A stretch of 64,000 nt of DNA from an uncultured Fibrobacterota bacterium (GTDB lineage Bacteria; Fibrobacterota; Chitinivibrionia; Chitinivibrionales; FEN-1185): assembly GCA_963753345.1 (NCBI GenBank), contig CAVWBU010000032.1, positions 64,001 to 128,000 on the forward strand. The letters run 5' to 3'. The notes under the pieces were generated by a model. The model was not told where the DNA came from, made no database searches, and saw only the letters and a program-made list of their open reading frames with translations. Made by a program: the position numbers and the translations under genes. Of the stretch, positions 40,126-50,273 are shown one piece after another (within the stretch, counting starts at the first letter, position 1; the number at the start of each line of letters is the position of its first letter).

Positions 40126-40425
40126 TTACTTGTACCACCTGAACAGGTAGAGGCTCACGAAAACGCCGATGATCGAAAGCAGGTTGAATTTCATCTGGAA
40201 ACCGAGCTGGAACTTGATTGCCGCAATATCGATGAGCAGCGGCTTGTTGTTCACGAAATCACCGAATCCGAAGGAGATGAAATTATAGGTGAAGAACGTC
40301 TTGACCACGTTGTTGCCGCCCGGAATAAGGGCGAAGAGCGTGCCGAGATACGCGCCGATGAGAATGCCCACAATAACGAGGAGCACCAGCGTCCATATGT
40401 TTCTGTCCTTGAGGCCGATGGCCAT
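40126..40425 (-). CDS. DUF4321-like small membrane protein
   Basis: two TM segments flanking P..IDIAAIKFQLG...NLLSIIG. Confidence 0.75.
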   Translation of the reverse strand: MAIGLKDRNIWTLVLLVIVGILIGAYLGTLFALIPGGNNVVKTFFTYNFISFGFGDFVNNKPLLIDIAAIKFQLGFQMKFNLLSIIGVFVSLYLFRWYK

Positions 40426-40685
40426 GGCGTATTCCTTTTTTTATGTTGATAAAAGGATGATGCGCACGAATCCAGGCGCGGACGGTTCGGTGGTTTTGGG
40501 ACCGATATAGAATATAATTCTTCTGCCGTTGATCCACCCGGCCTTGGAAAGCCGGATCATGAAAAAGAACTTCACCACAGAGGCACGGAGAACACGGAGA
40601 AAGAAGATCAAGTCAAGGACAAGTACGAGATCGTTGATGCATTTGTCTTGCTGTCAACCGTCAACTGTCAACCATTGGCTTTGTT

Positions 40686-41933
40686 TTATTGCTTTTCCTT
40701 GTATTCCCCGAGTACGATGGTGCTCTGCATCGGCTTGCCCTTGCGCACATAACTTATCACCACCGAATCGCCCACGAAATAGTCGAGGAAGAAACCGCCG
40801 ATGTCCGCCGAACTGCGGATGGGCCTGCTGCCCATCTGCACGACGATGTCCCCGCGGAGCAGCTTTGCCGTCTCGCCGGGACTGTGCTTTGCTATTTCCG
40901 ACACCACGACCCCGGTCGTTTTGTCGTAGCCGAGCGCCTGCGCAAGGGGCTTGGTGAGGTCCTGCACCGAAATGCCGGTGTAGATGAGCCGGCGCTTGCC
41001 ATAGGTGATGAGCTCCTTTGCCACGCGCTTGGCGCGGTCTATGGGAATGGCGAATCCGATGCCGATTGACCCGCGGTAGCTGTCGCTTCCCGTAAAGATG
41101 AACGTGTTGATGCCCACCACCTCGCCGAGCGCGTCCACGAGCGGCCCGCCGGAGTTGCCCTGGTTGATCGCCGCGTCGGTCTGGATCATACCCTGGTAGT
41201 ACACGCCCTCGCTCGGCGCGAAGTTGCGGTCCACGGCCGAAATCACGCCCAGGGTCACCGTGGGCCGCGCATCGTTGATAAAAAACCCGAACGGGTTGCC
41301 GATGGCAATGGCCCATTCGCCTATCATGAGCTTGTCGGATTCGCCGAGCTTTGCAGAAGGGAAAGCTGCGCCTTTCACCGAGACAATTGCGAGGTCGGTC
41401 TGCGGGTCAACCCCCACGATTTTTGCCTCAATCTGGCTGCCGTCGGACAGCGTGACGAACAATTTCTGTGCCTGTTCCACCACGTGGTAGTTGGTAAGGA
41501 TGTATCCATCCTTGCTGAAGAGGAACCCCGATCCCATGCGCTCCACCTCGCGCACGCGGGGCACCACCTCGGGGCTGAAGAAGAAATCGAAGAACTCGTC
41601 CGACGAATAGGCGCGCCGCACCACCTGCAGCTGCGTCACCACGATGCCCACCACGCTCGGCGAGACCATTTTTGTGGCGCGGACGATTGCGTTTGAGCGC
41701 GACCCCGTGATGTTGTCGCTGGGGGGCGGCGCGCCGCGCTCCTCCTGGGCTGCGGAAGATGACCCGGCGTCCGCGTTCACGGCCTTTTGCGCCTGCGTGT
41801 CGCGGGACTGGTAAAGCCTCCGAAACACCTCAGCTCCTGCGATACCACCCGCGATCAGGCCGATGACAAGGAGGAGGATGTAAAGCCCGGTATTGCCGGT
41901 TTGTGATTTAATGAAATTATTTCTCATGATCAT
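40686..41933 (-). CDS. HtrA/DegP-family serine protease with one PDZ domain
   Basis: GSGF, LTNYHVV, TDLA, IQTDAAINQGNSGGPL, PDZ GDIVV. Confidence 0.95.
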   Translation of the reverse strand: MIMRNNFIKSQTGNTGLYILLLVIGLIAGGIAGAEVFRRLYQSRDTQAQKAVNADAGSSSAAQEERGAPPPSDNITGSRSNAIVRATKMVSPSVVGIVVTQLQVVRRAYSSDEFFDFFFSPEVVPRVREVERMGSGFLFSKDGYILTNYHVVEQAQKLFVTLSDGSQIEAKIVGVDPQTDLAIVSVKGAAFPSAKLGESDKLMIGEWAIAIGNPFGFFINDARPTVTLGVISAVDRNFAPSEGVYYQGMIQTDAAINQGNSGGPLVDALGEVVGINTFIFTGSDSYRGSIGIGFAIPIDRAKRVAKELITYGKRRLIYTGISVQDLTKPLAQALGYDKTTGVVVSEIAKHSPGETAKLLRGDIVVQMGSRPIRSSADIGGFFLDYFVGDSVVISYVRKGKPMQSTIVLGEYKEKQ

Positions 41934-41997
41934 TCTTTCCAGATGTTGATTGATTTTCAAATGTAAGTGATCTGCTTCTGCTTTTGCAATCTGCAAT

Positions 41998-42735
41998 CTA
42001 CATTTCAATCCCCTTGTATTCCACATAATCAAGCACCAGTCCGCAGGCCGGCGCGGTTTCGCCGACGGCTTTTCGGTTTTTGTTTTCGATAATCTCTGCC
42101 ATGGTCGAGGCCAGCCTTCCCCTGCCGATGTCCACGAGTGTGCCCACGATGGACCTGACCATTTTGTAAATGAAGCGGTCGGCGGTTATCGTAAACACAC
42201 GGAGGTCGTCCCGGTCGTCAAGCGACGCCCCGCTCACCGTGCACACCATGTTTTCGGTGGACGTGCCCGTGGCGCAGAAAGCGGAAAAGTCGTGCGTGCC
42301 CGCAAGCGCCGGGATGTTGTCGCGCACCTTTGCCCAGTCCACGTCGTGGAAGACCATCCAGACCCTTTTGTAAAGCAGTGGCCGTTTCCGCCGCGCCATA
42401 AAGTACTTGTACCGCCGCGCCACGGCCGAATACCGGGCGTGAAAGTCCGGCGCCGCCGGCCGCAGGCCGTACACGCAGATGTCGTCGTCGAGCACGGCGT
42501 TCACCGACCGCTCGCACCGCCCCGCGTCCAGTGCTCCGTCGATGTCCACGTGCGCGCCCTGGCCCGCCGCATGCACGCCCGCATCGGTGCGGCCGGCGCC
42601 CGTCACCCTGCATTCGCTGCGCACCACGGTGGTGAAGGCGGCGTTGAGCGCGTCCTGGACGCTCGGCGCGTTTTCCTGCGACTGCCAGCCGCCGTAACGC
42701 GTGCCGTCGTATTCGACGCGGAAGAAATAGCGCAT
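41998..42735 (-). CDS. truA: tRNA pseudouridine(38-40) synthase
   Basis: EYDGT.YGGWQ, GAGRTDAGVHA, FHARYSA, MVRSIVG, TAPACGL. Confidence 0.97.
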   Translation of the reverse strand: MRYFFRVEYDGTRYGGWQSQENAPSVQDALNAAFTTVVRSECRVTGAGRTDAGVHAAGQGAHVDIDGALDAGRCERSVNAVLDDDICVYGLRPAAPDFHARYSAVARRYKYFMARRKRPLLYKRVWMVFHDVDWAKVRDNIPALAGTHDFSAFCATGTSTENMVCTVSGASLDDRDDLRVFTITADRFIYKMVRSIVGTLVDIGRGRLASTMAEIIENKNRKAVGETAPACGLVLDYVEYKGIEM

Positions 42736-42985
42736 GTGATCCTTTTTGGAATACTACGCTTTGAGGGACGACAGCCTTGATTCTTATTCTGGACGCAAGA
42801 GCCGATATCAGTCGTGACTTTTCCTTGCATGCAGATCCTGAGAAATTTGACCCTATAAAATAGTATTGGCTCTGGGGGTATCCAAAGAAGCTTGGCTTAG
42901 GCTGGGTTCGGTGACAGTCTGGGTCTTTGACCGGCATCAGATTACAGAGGTAGTAACAAACAGGTTTTCAATACCGGCCACAATG

Positions 42986-43013
42986 TTGATAATTGTAGCT
43001 ACAAATACTATTT
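42986..43013 (+). promoter_or_regulatory. TA promoter region with palindromic operator TTGTAGCTACAA
   Basis: perfect 12-bp palindrome at 42993-43004, between TTGATA and an AT-rich -10-like sequence. Confidence 0.55.
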
Positions 43014-43019
43014 TGACTC

Positions 43020-43271
43020 ATGCCGAAATGGAACGAGTTCGTCCCTGAAGAAATCGAATACGATTTTGAAAATGAGGAACTGCATGAACATTATATCACC
43101 ATTGATGAGGCTGCAGAATGTTTTCACAACCGGTATTCGGTCCAAAGGAACAAGAAGTTTAAGGACCGGTACAAGCTTCATGGAATAACCGACAGCGGCA
43201 GAAAGCTTACGGTAATCTTTCAGTTGAAAAGGCTTGGTGTCGTGAGAATTATCACCGGATGGGAGACGTGA
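43020..43271 (+). CDS. BrnT-like type II toxin (DUF497)
   Basis: N..LHEH.IT.DEA.ECF..RY...G.T.SGR.L.VIF..VRIIT. Confidence 0.8.
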   Translation: MPKWNEFVPEEIEYDFENEELHEHYITIDEAAECFHNRYSVQRNKKFKDRYKLHGITDSGRKLTVIFQLKRLGVVRIITGWET

Positions 43272-43275
43272 AACC

Positions 43276-43560
43276 ATGCGTATGATTCGAAACAAAAAAA
43301 CCTCGAAGAAAGAAAAAACAATTGACAATGCCGTCATGGAAGCCGCATATGACCATGACCAGTGGGAAAAAGAATTACCCGTCACCCCGAAAACGGTTCC
43401 CACCTCGATCCGACTGAGTCCGCGCACGATCCGCCGGGCGAAATTGTTCGCGCGCGTCCATTGTCAGCGCGGATATCAGAGCTGGCTGAAGAAGATCATC
43501 GAGGATCGCATCGATACGGAGTATGAGATTTACAAGGGAATACGCGGGACCGGAGCGTAA
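43276..43560 (+). CDS. BrnA/CopG-like antitoxin
   Basis: TSIRL...I..AK..A...GYQSWLK.II RHH-type motif; immediately downstream of the toxin. Confidence 0.75.
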   Translation: MRMIRNKKTSKKEKTIDNAVMEAAYDHDQWEKELPVTPKTVPTSIRLSPRTIRRAKLFARVHCQRGYQSWLKKIIEDRIDTEYEIYKGIRGTGA

Positions 43561-43635
43561 CAAGGGGATGGGTGCGCCTGAAATAATGGAGCCGGCGGCC
43601 GTACTAATCAACCAACAATATATTCTCGACTGGTC

Positions 43636-44763
43636 TCACACATTACCTTTCACTATCCTGTAGCAGAACACCTGAAACCCCGCCTTCGAATCATCAAACC
43701 TTCCGGTCTTGATGCCGGTGTCGAATTCCGCAAGAAGGGAGAAGATCCGCCGGTAATTCTCATAAGTGAATGATACCGCCTGGTCGATGAGCCGCGGCTT
43801 GATCACCGCCGGATACAGGCGGCCCGCCTGGCTTTCGGTAAAGATCCCCGCACCGAGGGCGAGTGCGAGCGCCGCCTCATTTTGCCGCGGCCTCGAAAAA
43901 GACCGGTAGTTCCCGAGCAGGGTGGGATTCGCTTTTGCAAACAGGGAAATCCTGAAAAGCGACCAGAAATGCCTGAAGATTGCGCCCACGTACGGCGGAA
44001 GATAAACGCTTCCGGTGTAGATGGATTCGATAATCTCCAGGCCGCGTGCCATGTTTTTTTCACCGAGCGCCTGGGCCAGTTCGAATTGCGTGGCCTCCCG
44101 CGTAGCTCCTGCAACGGCGTCGATCACATCGCGGCTGATTGCGGCTTTTGGCTCAAGGAAAAGGTCCAATTTCTGAAGTTCCGAATACAGGACCGCGGTG
44201 TCCGCGCCCACAAGGTCGACGAGATGCTCCGCGTCGTCCTTCGAAATGCGCCTGCCGAACAGGTGCGGAACCTGCGCCTCCACCCATTCGGCCATCTTGT
44301 AGTCGGGCGGTCTCGGAAATGTCTTCACGCAAAACCGCTCCGGCGCTTTTTTCGCAAACCCCTCAAAGGATTCGAGCCATGCCGAGTATTTTTTCGACAG
44401 CGCCGAATCTTTTGTCTTTCTTCCGCCCTGCACCTTGTCCGTTTCCATCACGACAAGCGCGTCGGGCACGTCGCATGCGAAAAGTCCGGTGAGCCGTGCG
44501 AGTTCGTTTTCGTCAAGAAGATGGACGTCCGGGATGATAAAGACGCGCAGCGGCGACAAAAGCGACGGCGTGATGATGCGCTCGCAGAATTCATCGAAGG
44601 CGGCGTCTTCGGCGTTGAAGCGGTGCACCTCGGCATCGGGCTGCTTTTTTTTCACCGCGGCGATAATGGCGGCGCGTTCGAGTTCGCGGCTCGTGATATC
44701 GTCGCCGGCAAGCAAGACAAAACGGAGCAGCAAATCGCCGGAGCTGGAAAAGATATCGCTCAT
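43636..44763 (-). CDS. holA: DNA polymerase III delta subunit
   Basis: TPSLLSP.RV, LV.LVG.D...L.SELQKL, FELAQAL, D..IKTG. Confidence 0.88.
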   Translation of the reverse strand: MSDIFSSSGDLLLRFVLLAGDDITSRELERAAIIAAVKKKQPDAEVHRFNAEDAAFDEFCERIITPSLLSPLRVFIIPDVHLLDENELARLTGLFACDVPDALVVMETDKVQGGRKTKDSALSKKYSAWLESFEGFAKKAPERFCVKTFPRPPDYKMAEWVEAQVPHLFGRRISKDDAEHLVDLVGADTAVLYSELQKLDLFLEPKAAISRDVIDAVAGATREATQFELAQALGEKNMARGLEIIESIYTGSVYLPPYVGAIFRHFWSLFRISLFAKANPTLLGNYRSFSRPRQNEAALALALGAGIFTESQAGRLYPAVIKPRLIDQAVSFTYENYRRIFSLLAEFDTGIKTGRFDDSKAGFQVFCYRIVKGNV

Positions 44764-46028
44764 GGGATGAGGTTTTCGATGGCGTGATTTGAGGCGCTTA
44801 TTGTCGCGGCAAAGGCGGCCTGCGCGTTTGCAAAGCGGACTGCCTGGTCGCCGAGCGCCGAGGCCACCGCGGCCGCAAGGCCTTCGGCGCTGTCCGCAGG
44901 AAACGCGACGCCGGCGGCGATCAGTTCGTCGCCGCTTTCCTTCTGCGTCCGGTAATTAGGACCAAAGACCACCGGAATGCCGAATTGCGCCGCATCCCAC
45001 ATGTTGTGGCCGCCGGTGGCGTCGAAAGTTCCCCCCACGAAAGCGGCATCGGCGATTTTGTACATGGCCTCCATAATGCCCATTTTTTCCACCATGCACA
45101 CGTCCCAGCCTTTTTCGGCTTCGGCGTCGGTCAGGCGCTTCAGGCCGTTGCCCAGTTCGGCGGCGAGTGCGTCTGCGTCCCTGATGTGCCGCGGCACCAC
45201 GATGCACTTGACGGGAAACGACATGCGCCTGAGCGCGGCAAGCGCTCCGGCGATCACCGCTCCTTCGCCCGGATGCAGGCACCCTGCCGTAATGCAGCGC
45301 TCACCGGCCGCAAGTCCCATTTTTTTCCGGAGCGAGGCGCGTTCTTCTGCAGAAACCGGATGGACCGCGGCGGAGCGCTTCAGGTTCCCGGTCACGCGGA
45401 TGCGCGAGGCAGGAACGCCGAGCCTGGCGAACCGGTCCGCATAGGCCTGGTCCTGCGCAAGGACGATGTCGGGGTGGGAGAACAGAGGGGAAAGGAGCCA
45501 TGCAAACCGCCGGTACCACATCAGAGATTCCTCTTCGATGCGGGCATTGACAAGCCCCACGGGGACGCCCGCCATAGCGCAGGCCCACAGCATGCAGGGC
45601 CAGAGCTCGGTCTCAAAAATCCACACGCGGGACACGCTGTATGTTGACAATACGGAGCGCATGAGCCGCACCGAGTCGAGCGGGAGGTATCCCGCGGCGA
45701 CGACGTCGTGGCCGGCTGCCCGTGTAAGGTAGTCGACGCCGGTGCGCGTGGTTGCGGTAAGCAGATAGCGCTGGCCGGGGTGCTTCGACCTGAGAATATC
45801 GAGGAACCGCGACAGCAGCTTGGCCTCCCCGAGGGACGCTGCGTGCAGCCACACCGATTGCGCTGCCGTGCCGCTTCCTCGCGGCGGGGGAACACCCCTG
45901 CGCTCGCCAAGGTTCCATTGCCTTGACAAGTGCGATGAATGGAGGGCGAGCGCGGCCAGAGTGCCGCCGGCTTCCATGGCGGTGCTGTAGGCGAAAATGA
46001 GCAGGCGGAGCGGTAGATGGGTCATCAT
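44760..46028 (-). CDS. waaA: 3-deoxy-D-manno-octulosonic acid (Kdo) transferase
   Basis: VWLHAASLGE, T.T.TG, PLD, ETELWP, VNAR, GNLK, VPRH, FVGGTF..GGHN. Confidence 0.93.
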   Translation of the reverse strand: MMTHLPLRLLIFAYSTAMEAGGTLAALALHSSHLSRQWNLGERRGVPPPRGSGTAAQSVWLHAASLGEAKLLSRFLDILRSKHPGQRYLLTATTRTGVDYLTRAAGHDVVAAGYLPLDSVRLMRSVLSTYSVSRVWIFETELWPCMLWACAMAGVPVGLVNARIEEESLMWYRRFAWLLSPLFSHPDIVLAQDQAYADRFARLGVPASRIRVTGNLKRSAAVHPVSAEERASLRKKMGLAAGERCITAGCLHPGEGAVIAGALAALRRMSFPVKCIVVPRHIRDADALAAELGNGLKRLTDAEAEKGWDVCMVEKMGIMEAMYKIADAAFVGGTFDATGGHNMWDAAQFGIPVVFGPNYRTQKESGDELIAAGVAFPADSAEGLAAAVASALGDQAVRFANAQAAFAATISASNHAIENLIP

Positions 46029-46281
46029 TCGGCATCAACTCACTGTCTTTGCGCCTGCGCCGGCCTGGTGCGGAGCATGGAGTGTCTCACGTGCGGCGCC
46101 TTCGGGTGCTCAGGGGAGGGTGATCGGGTACGATTGCACGAAAACGGCGCTTCGATAAGCGCCGCGCTTTGATAATATAGTAGTTGAATGCGAGGCCGTG
46201 CCACGGCAAAAAGGATCGGCAATCAGAAATCGCCTGCACGAGCGTATTCTTCCATATATTTATGGAGCTGTAACATTGGGT

Positions 46282-46311
46282 TTGACATTTTTTTACAGCC
46301 AAACCTATATT
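46282..46311 (+). promoter_or_regulatory. sigma70-like promoter
   Basis: TTGACA-N18-TATATT upstream of the lipoprotein/porin/GH57 run. Confidence 0.5.
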
Positions 46312-46465
46312 ATCACAACTATTTGCAGGGCATTTGGGCGGACGAGCGGGCTTTTCTTCCCTCTCACGACGAAGTGGTTCCGACCAACGCAGACGGCATG
46401 CGGAAAAAATCCTGTTTTCACTCATGCCTCCATCGGTTTTTCATCATGACTCCACGGCAAAGCGA

Positions 46466-48136
46466 ATGAACAAGAAGAGTTTCGGGGCGTCGATCCTTCT
46501 GCTTCTGAGTCTCGGCCTCTCGTGCTCGGTGTTTTCACCGGACACGAACCTTGGACGGGACATCGTGACGGGCGTCGATTCTTCCGTCACCGACCTCAAG
46601 TACGGATATGTCAAGGTGGACAGCATGTTCCTCGCCGTATCCGGGGCCAGAAGCGTCGTGGTTCCGGGGGGCGACACAAGCGTGTACGTGCTGCGGTCAG
46701 GCGTCCATCCCAGTCAGCTCGTGGCGGGAAGAATAGGGGACGACAGTGCCGTCGCGTATGCGGAATTTGACGTTACGAACACCATCCTCGCCACCCTCCG
46801 CACCGGATGCAGCCAGAACAGGGTGGACAGCGTGTATCTCCTCCTGCACTATAATCCAACCATCAACGATACTACGTTGAAGGACTATCCGGATTCAATG
46901 GTGAAGATCAGCGTGTTCTCGTGCCAGCGCAAGTTTTATCCGAGGGCGCGAAACAATCTGACAACGCCCGACATCGCGTTTTCGGACACGCTCACCTTCT
47001 CGCGCAAGAAGCCGGACACCACGTTCTACATTCCCCTCGGCCCGGATATCGTTTCTGTCCTCAATAGCGCGGTGAATGACACGGCCACCTATGTGCCCCA
47101 TCTTGCGGAATCGGACACCACCGTGGGATGGTCAAAGGGCGATTCGACAAGGCCGGTAAGGCCCGATACCGCCTACATAGAGGATTCGGTCATCCAGGTC
47201 TTTTCCGACACCTTCACTCATGCGACCATCACCGGCCTCCATGCTGCGATGCAGGGCGACACCGCGATCATTGGCTACACTGCCGGCTCGACGCCCGTGT
47301 CCGACACCGTTCCCTATGTGCGGAGCGTAATCAGCCTGATCAGCTCCAACCAGGATTCGTTGTCGATTGTCAATGACTTTGTCTGGCGGGAAAGGACAAT
47401 CCGGCAGCGGCTCGAGTACGATTCCGCCCAGAAGTACATCGCCGCGATCCATATCTACGCCGCCCCCGGCAGCGGGCTCGTCCGTTTCGTGGGACCGCCC
47501 GCGTTCAGCATCAGGTACCTCGATGCGAACTGCGACACCGCCGCGTCCACGAAGGGAACCTTGACAAGCACAAGTCTCGGGTACTATTTCGACATGACGT
47601 CGACCGAAGAAAATGCCATTCCGTCCGATTCCCTGGTGGTGTCCTGGCAGGCCGACCGTTTCGTGGAAATCCCCATCAACCTCGCGCCGCTGTGGAGCTT
47701 CGCGGCAGGCGGCGGCAACGGGAGGAACTACGCCGTTGTGCAGAACGCAACATGCTTTCTCTCGGCCGCGCTTCCCCTGATTGAAAGGGCGGGCGCCGAC
47801 ACCACCAACCGGAAAATCGTGTACGGCCTGCTCGACCACCGCATCACCGACTCGCGGGCGCATAGCAGCTCTACGCGCGATTCTCTTACCGCCATTCTGG
47901 CGTCCGGACGCATGCCCAACGACAGCATCGTTCTGGATACCGTCAGGTCCAATGTTTCCTCGACGATTTCCCTGCCGGTCACCATTTTTGCCCAGAGCAT
48001 GTTCGAAGAGAACCCGAGGCCGGCAACGGCGTATCTCTATGTGTTTGCAAGGACCACAAACGATTTCGCGCGGGCGGTGATCCGGAAACCCGCAACCGTC
48101 AAGTTCACGGCCCTGTTCTCCAATCCGCAGAAGTAG
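46466..48136 (+). CDS. large lipoprotein of unknown function
   Basis: lipobox LGLSC; Ser/Thr/Asp-rich, beta-strand-rich. Confidence 0.75.
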   Translation: MNKKSFGASILLLLSLGLSCSVFSPDTNLGRDIVTGVDSSVTDLKYGYVKVDSMFLAVSGARSVVVPGGDTSVYVLRSGVHPSQLVAGRIGDDSAVAYAEFDVTNTILATLRTGCSQNRVDSVYLLLHYNPTINDTTLKDYPDSMVKISVFSCQRKFYPRARNNLTTPDIAFSDTLTFSRKKPDTTFYIPLGPDIVSVLNSAVNDTATYVPHLAESDTTVGWSKGDSTRPVRPDTAYIEDSVIQVFSDTFTHATITGLHAAMQGDTAIIGYTAGSTPVSDTVPYVRSVISLISSNQDSLSIVNDFVWRERTIRQRLEYDSAQKYIAAIHIYAAPGSGLVRFVGPPAFSIRYLDANCDTAASTKGTLTSTSLGYYFDMTSTEENAIPSDSLVVSWQADRFVEIPINLAPLWSFAAGGGNGRNYAVVQNATCFLSAALPLIERAGADTTNRKIVYGLLDHRITDSRAHSSSTRDSLTAILASGRMPNDSIVLDTVRSNVSSTISLPVTIFAQSMFEENPRPATAYLYVFARTTNDFARAVIRKPATVKFTALFSNPQK

Positions 48137-48145
48137 CGTGATGCA

Positions 48146-49381
48146 ATGAAAAGCAAGATCATTCTTGTGGTGTTTTGGGCGGGCGTTGGGGCCTCATGCT
48201 GGGGCCAGTCCCTGCTCGGGCTCACCTATCCCTTCGGCGTGCCGATGCAGGAAAATTCCGGGATGTCGCTCACCATGGGCGGCGCGGGTTGCGCGGTCGC
48301 CGCGGAGAACAACGTGATGCTTCTCAATCCGGCAAACCTCGGCACCATCGACAGGACGGTCCTGTCGGCCCTGTTTTCATTCGATTTCACGCAAATCAGC
48401 GAATCCTCATCGCATGACAATTTCTATTCCGCAGACCCGGTCCAGATTTCCATCGGCGTGCCGTTCGGGGTCGTGGGAACGTTCGGTCTCTCGTTCGACC
48501 AGCGCAGCAACATCGCCGCGTACTACAAAGACTCGGCGTCGCTGGTGTACAACGGCGACGCTTCGTGGTGGGTTGAGCAGGGGCTGTCGGCGCGCGGAGG
48601 GATTGTCACATGGGAGGCCGGATGGGGCAGGACCATCGGGAAGCTCGCCCAGGTCGGAATCTCCTACGAGCGGTTCTACCTGTTTGACGAACAGACAAAC
48701 CTGTCCCAGATGTTGCTTCCGCTCGTGTCATCGGCGATTTCCCGGGACAGCACGACGGTTGTGTGCAAGGGCAACGGAGTCCGGGCGGGCGTTGATGTTC
48801 CCGCGGGCCCCGTGCGGATCGGGATAACGGGCGAATACTACTTCACGAGCCCGGCATCGTCTACAAACGCGGTGTATGCAAACGGGCTTGACTCGGCGGT
48901 GGCGAATTCCGCCTCGTCGCTTTCGTTTTACCTGCGTCTGCCTCCGTCGCTTACCGTTGGGCTCAGCTGGGACATTTCGCCTGAGTGGCTCGTGGCGGGC
49001 GATGCGTCGTTTGTGTTCTGGCAGGACGCCCTGATCCAGGGACCTCTTTCCAAACCGGATTTCACCACCGCGGCCGGGTTCTCCCTCGGCGCCCAATACA
49101 TTCCGGCGCCGAACCTTCTCACGCCGAAGTACGCGGAGACCATTCGCTACCGTGCAGGCGTGCGCTTTGCCCAGCTGCCCTCAAAGCAATCGTACGAATA
49201 CGCAGTGAGTCTCGGGACCGGCCTTCCCATGGGTAAAGGCACGGGAATCCTCGATGTCGCGCTCGAGGCCGGGCGGCGCGAAAGCGGACAGTTTGCCGGA
49301 TACAGCGAAGACTTCCTGCACCTTGTGTTCGGGTTCAACGGAGGACACAAGTGGGTGCAGTCCGCACGAAGCACCTATTGA
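48146..49381 (+). CDS. outer-membrane beta-barrel (FadL/PorV-like)
   Basis: SLTMGGAG.A..NPANL motif; alternating strands; YRAG, G.GLP. Confidence 0.75.
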   Translation: MKSKIILVVFWAGVGASCWGQSLLGLTYPFGVPMQENSGMSLTMGGAGCAVAAENNVMLLNPANLGTIDRTVLSALFSFDFTQISESSSHDNFYSADPVQISIGVPFGVVGTFGLSFDQRSNIAAYYKDSASLVYNGDASWWVEQGLSARGGIVTWEAGWGRTIGKLAQVGISYERFYLFDEQTNLSQMLLPLVSSAISRDSTTVVCKGNGVRAGVDVPAGPVRIGITGEYYFTSPASSTNAVYANGLDSAVANSASSLSFYLRLPPSLTVGLSWDISPEWLVAGDASFVFWQDALIQGPLSKPDFTTAAGFSLGAQYIPAPNLLTPKYAETIRYRAGVRFAQLPSKQSYEYAVSLGTGLPMGKGTGILDVALEAGRRESGQFAGYSEDFLHLVFGFNGGHKWVQSARSTY

Positions 49382-49407
49382 CGCACCCCTTCGCAAGCGA
49401 GGTGATT

Positions 49408-50241
49408 GTGGCGGTACATAAGAAAAACAACAGCACCAAAGCCGCGGGAAAAGAGCGCGCCGGGACGGCGAAGAAGGCCAAGAGGACTGTCCGCGCGCCC
49501 TACCGTGCAAAGAAGGCTCCCGCCGGCGCAAAGCCGCGCGCCGCGGCCCGTTTACGGCCGGCGCGGAGGACGGCTGCCGCAGCCGCCTTTGCAATAAGGA
49601 ATCCACCGCGTCCGCCGCGGCGGATTTCGCCGTCGGCTCGTGCCGGGCAGGGCGTGGTGAATTTTCCCGGCCTGCCATTCCGAAACGGCAAAGGGCCGGC
49701 GGGCCCCAAGTACTTTTTCTCCACCGATATCCCCGATAAATACAACGAAACCTATCTGCGCGCTCTTCCCAGGGACCCGTTGTGGCTCTTTGCCTACTGG
49801 GAACTTTCGGGCGAAACAGTGGAGCTGTTGCGGCGGCACGTGGGCGGCGACGCCTTCGCCGGTTCCAAATGGGTGCTGCGCGTGCTCGACGTCACCGACA
49901 TTGTCTACAACGGTTCCAACGCATGGCGGCAGGCGGACGTCGAGCTTGCGCCGTACGCTTCCTCGTGGTACGTCAAGGTGTGGGAGCCGGGCCGGTCCTA
50001 CCTTCTGCAAGTGGGGATCGTAACGTCCGACGGCAGATTTTTCTCGGCCGTCAATTCGAACGCGGCGCAGATGCCCAGAAACGCCGTGTCGGCGGTGCTC
50101 GACGAAGAATGGACCACCGCCTCCACCGACGAGCTCATCCGGCTTTCCGGGGGCCTCTCCGGGAGGCTGCTCGGCGCGAGCGAGAATTCCTCCGGGGCCT
50201 CCGCAAGCGGTTCCGGGTCCGGCTCGGGCTCCATGTCGTGA
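49408..50241 (+). CDS. DUF4912-domain protein
   Basis: basic Lys/Ala/Arg N-terminus; P..Y.ET.L..LPRDP.W.FAYWE, LRV.DVT, SWY, SN...P. Confidence 0.85.
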   Translation: MAVHKKNNSTKAAGKERAGTAKKAKRTVRAPYRAKKAPAGAKPRAAARLRPARRTAAAAAFAIRNPPRPPRRISPSARAGQGVVNFPGLPFRNGKGPAGPKYFFSTDIPDKYNETYLRALPRDPLWLFAYWELSGETVELLRRHVGGDAFAGSKWVLRVLDVTDIVYNGSNAWRQADVELAPYASSWYVKVWEPGRSYLLQVGIVTSDGRFFSAVNSNAAQMPRNAVSAVLDEEWTTASTDELIRLSGGLSGRLLGASENSSGASASGSGSGSGSMS

Positions 50242-50273
50242 AACGCCCCAGGGCGGCTGCACCGGAGAAGGCG

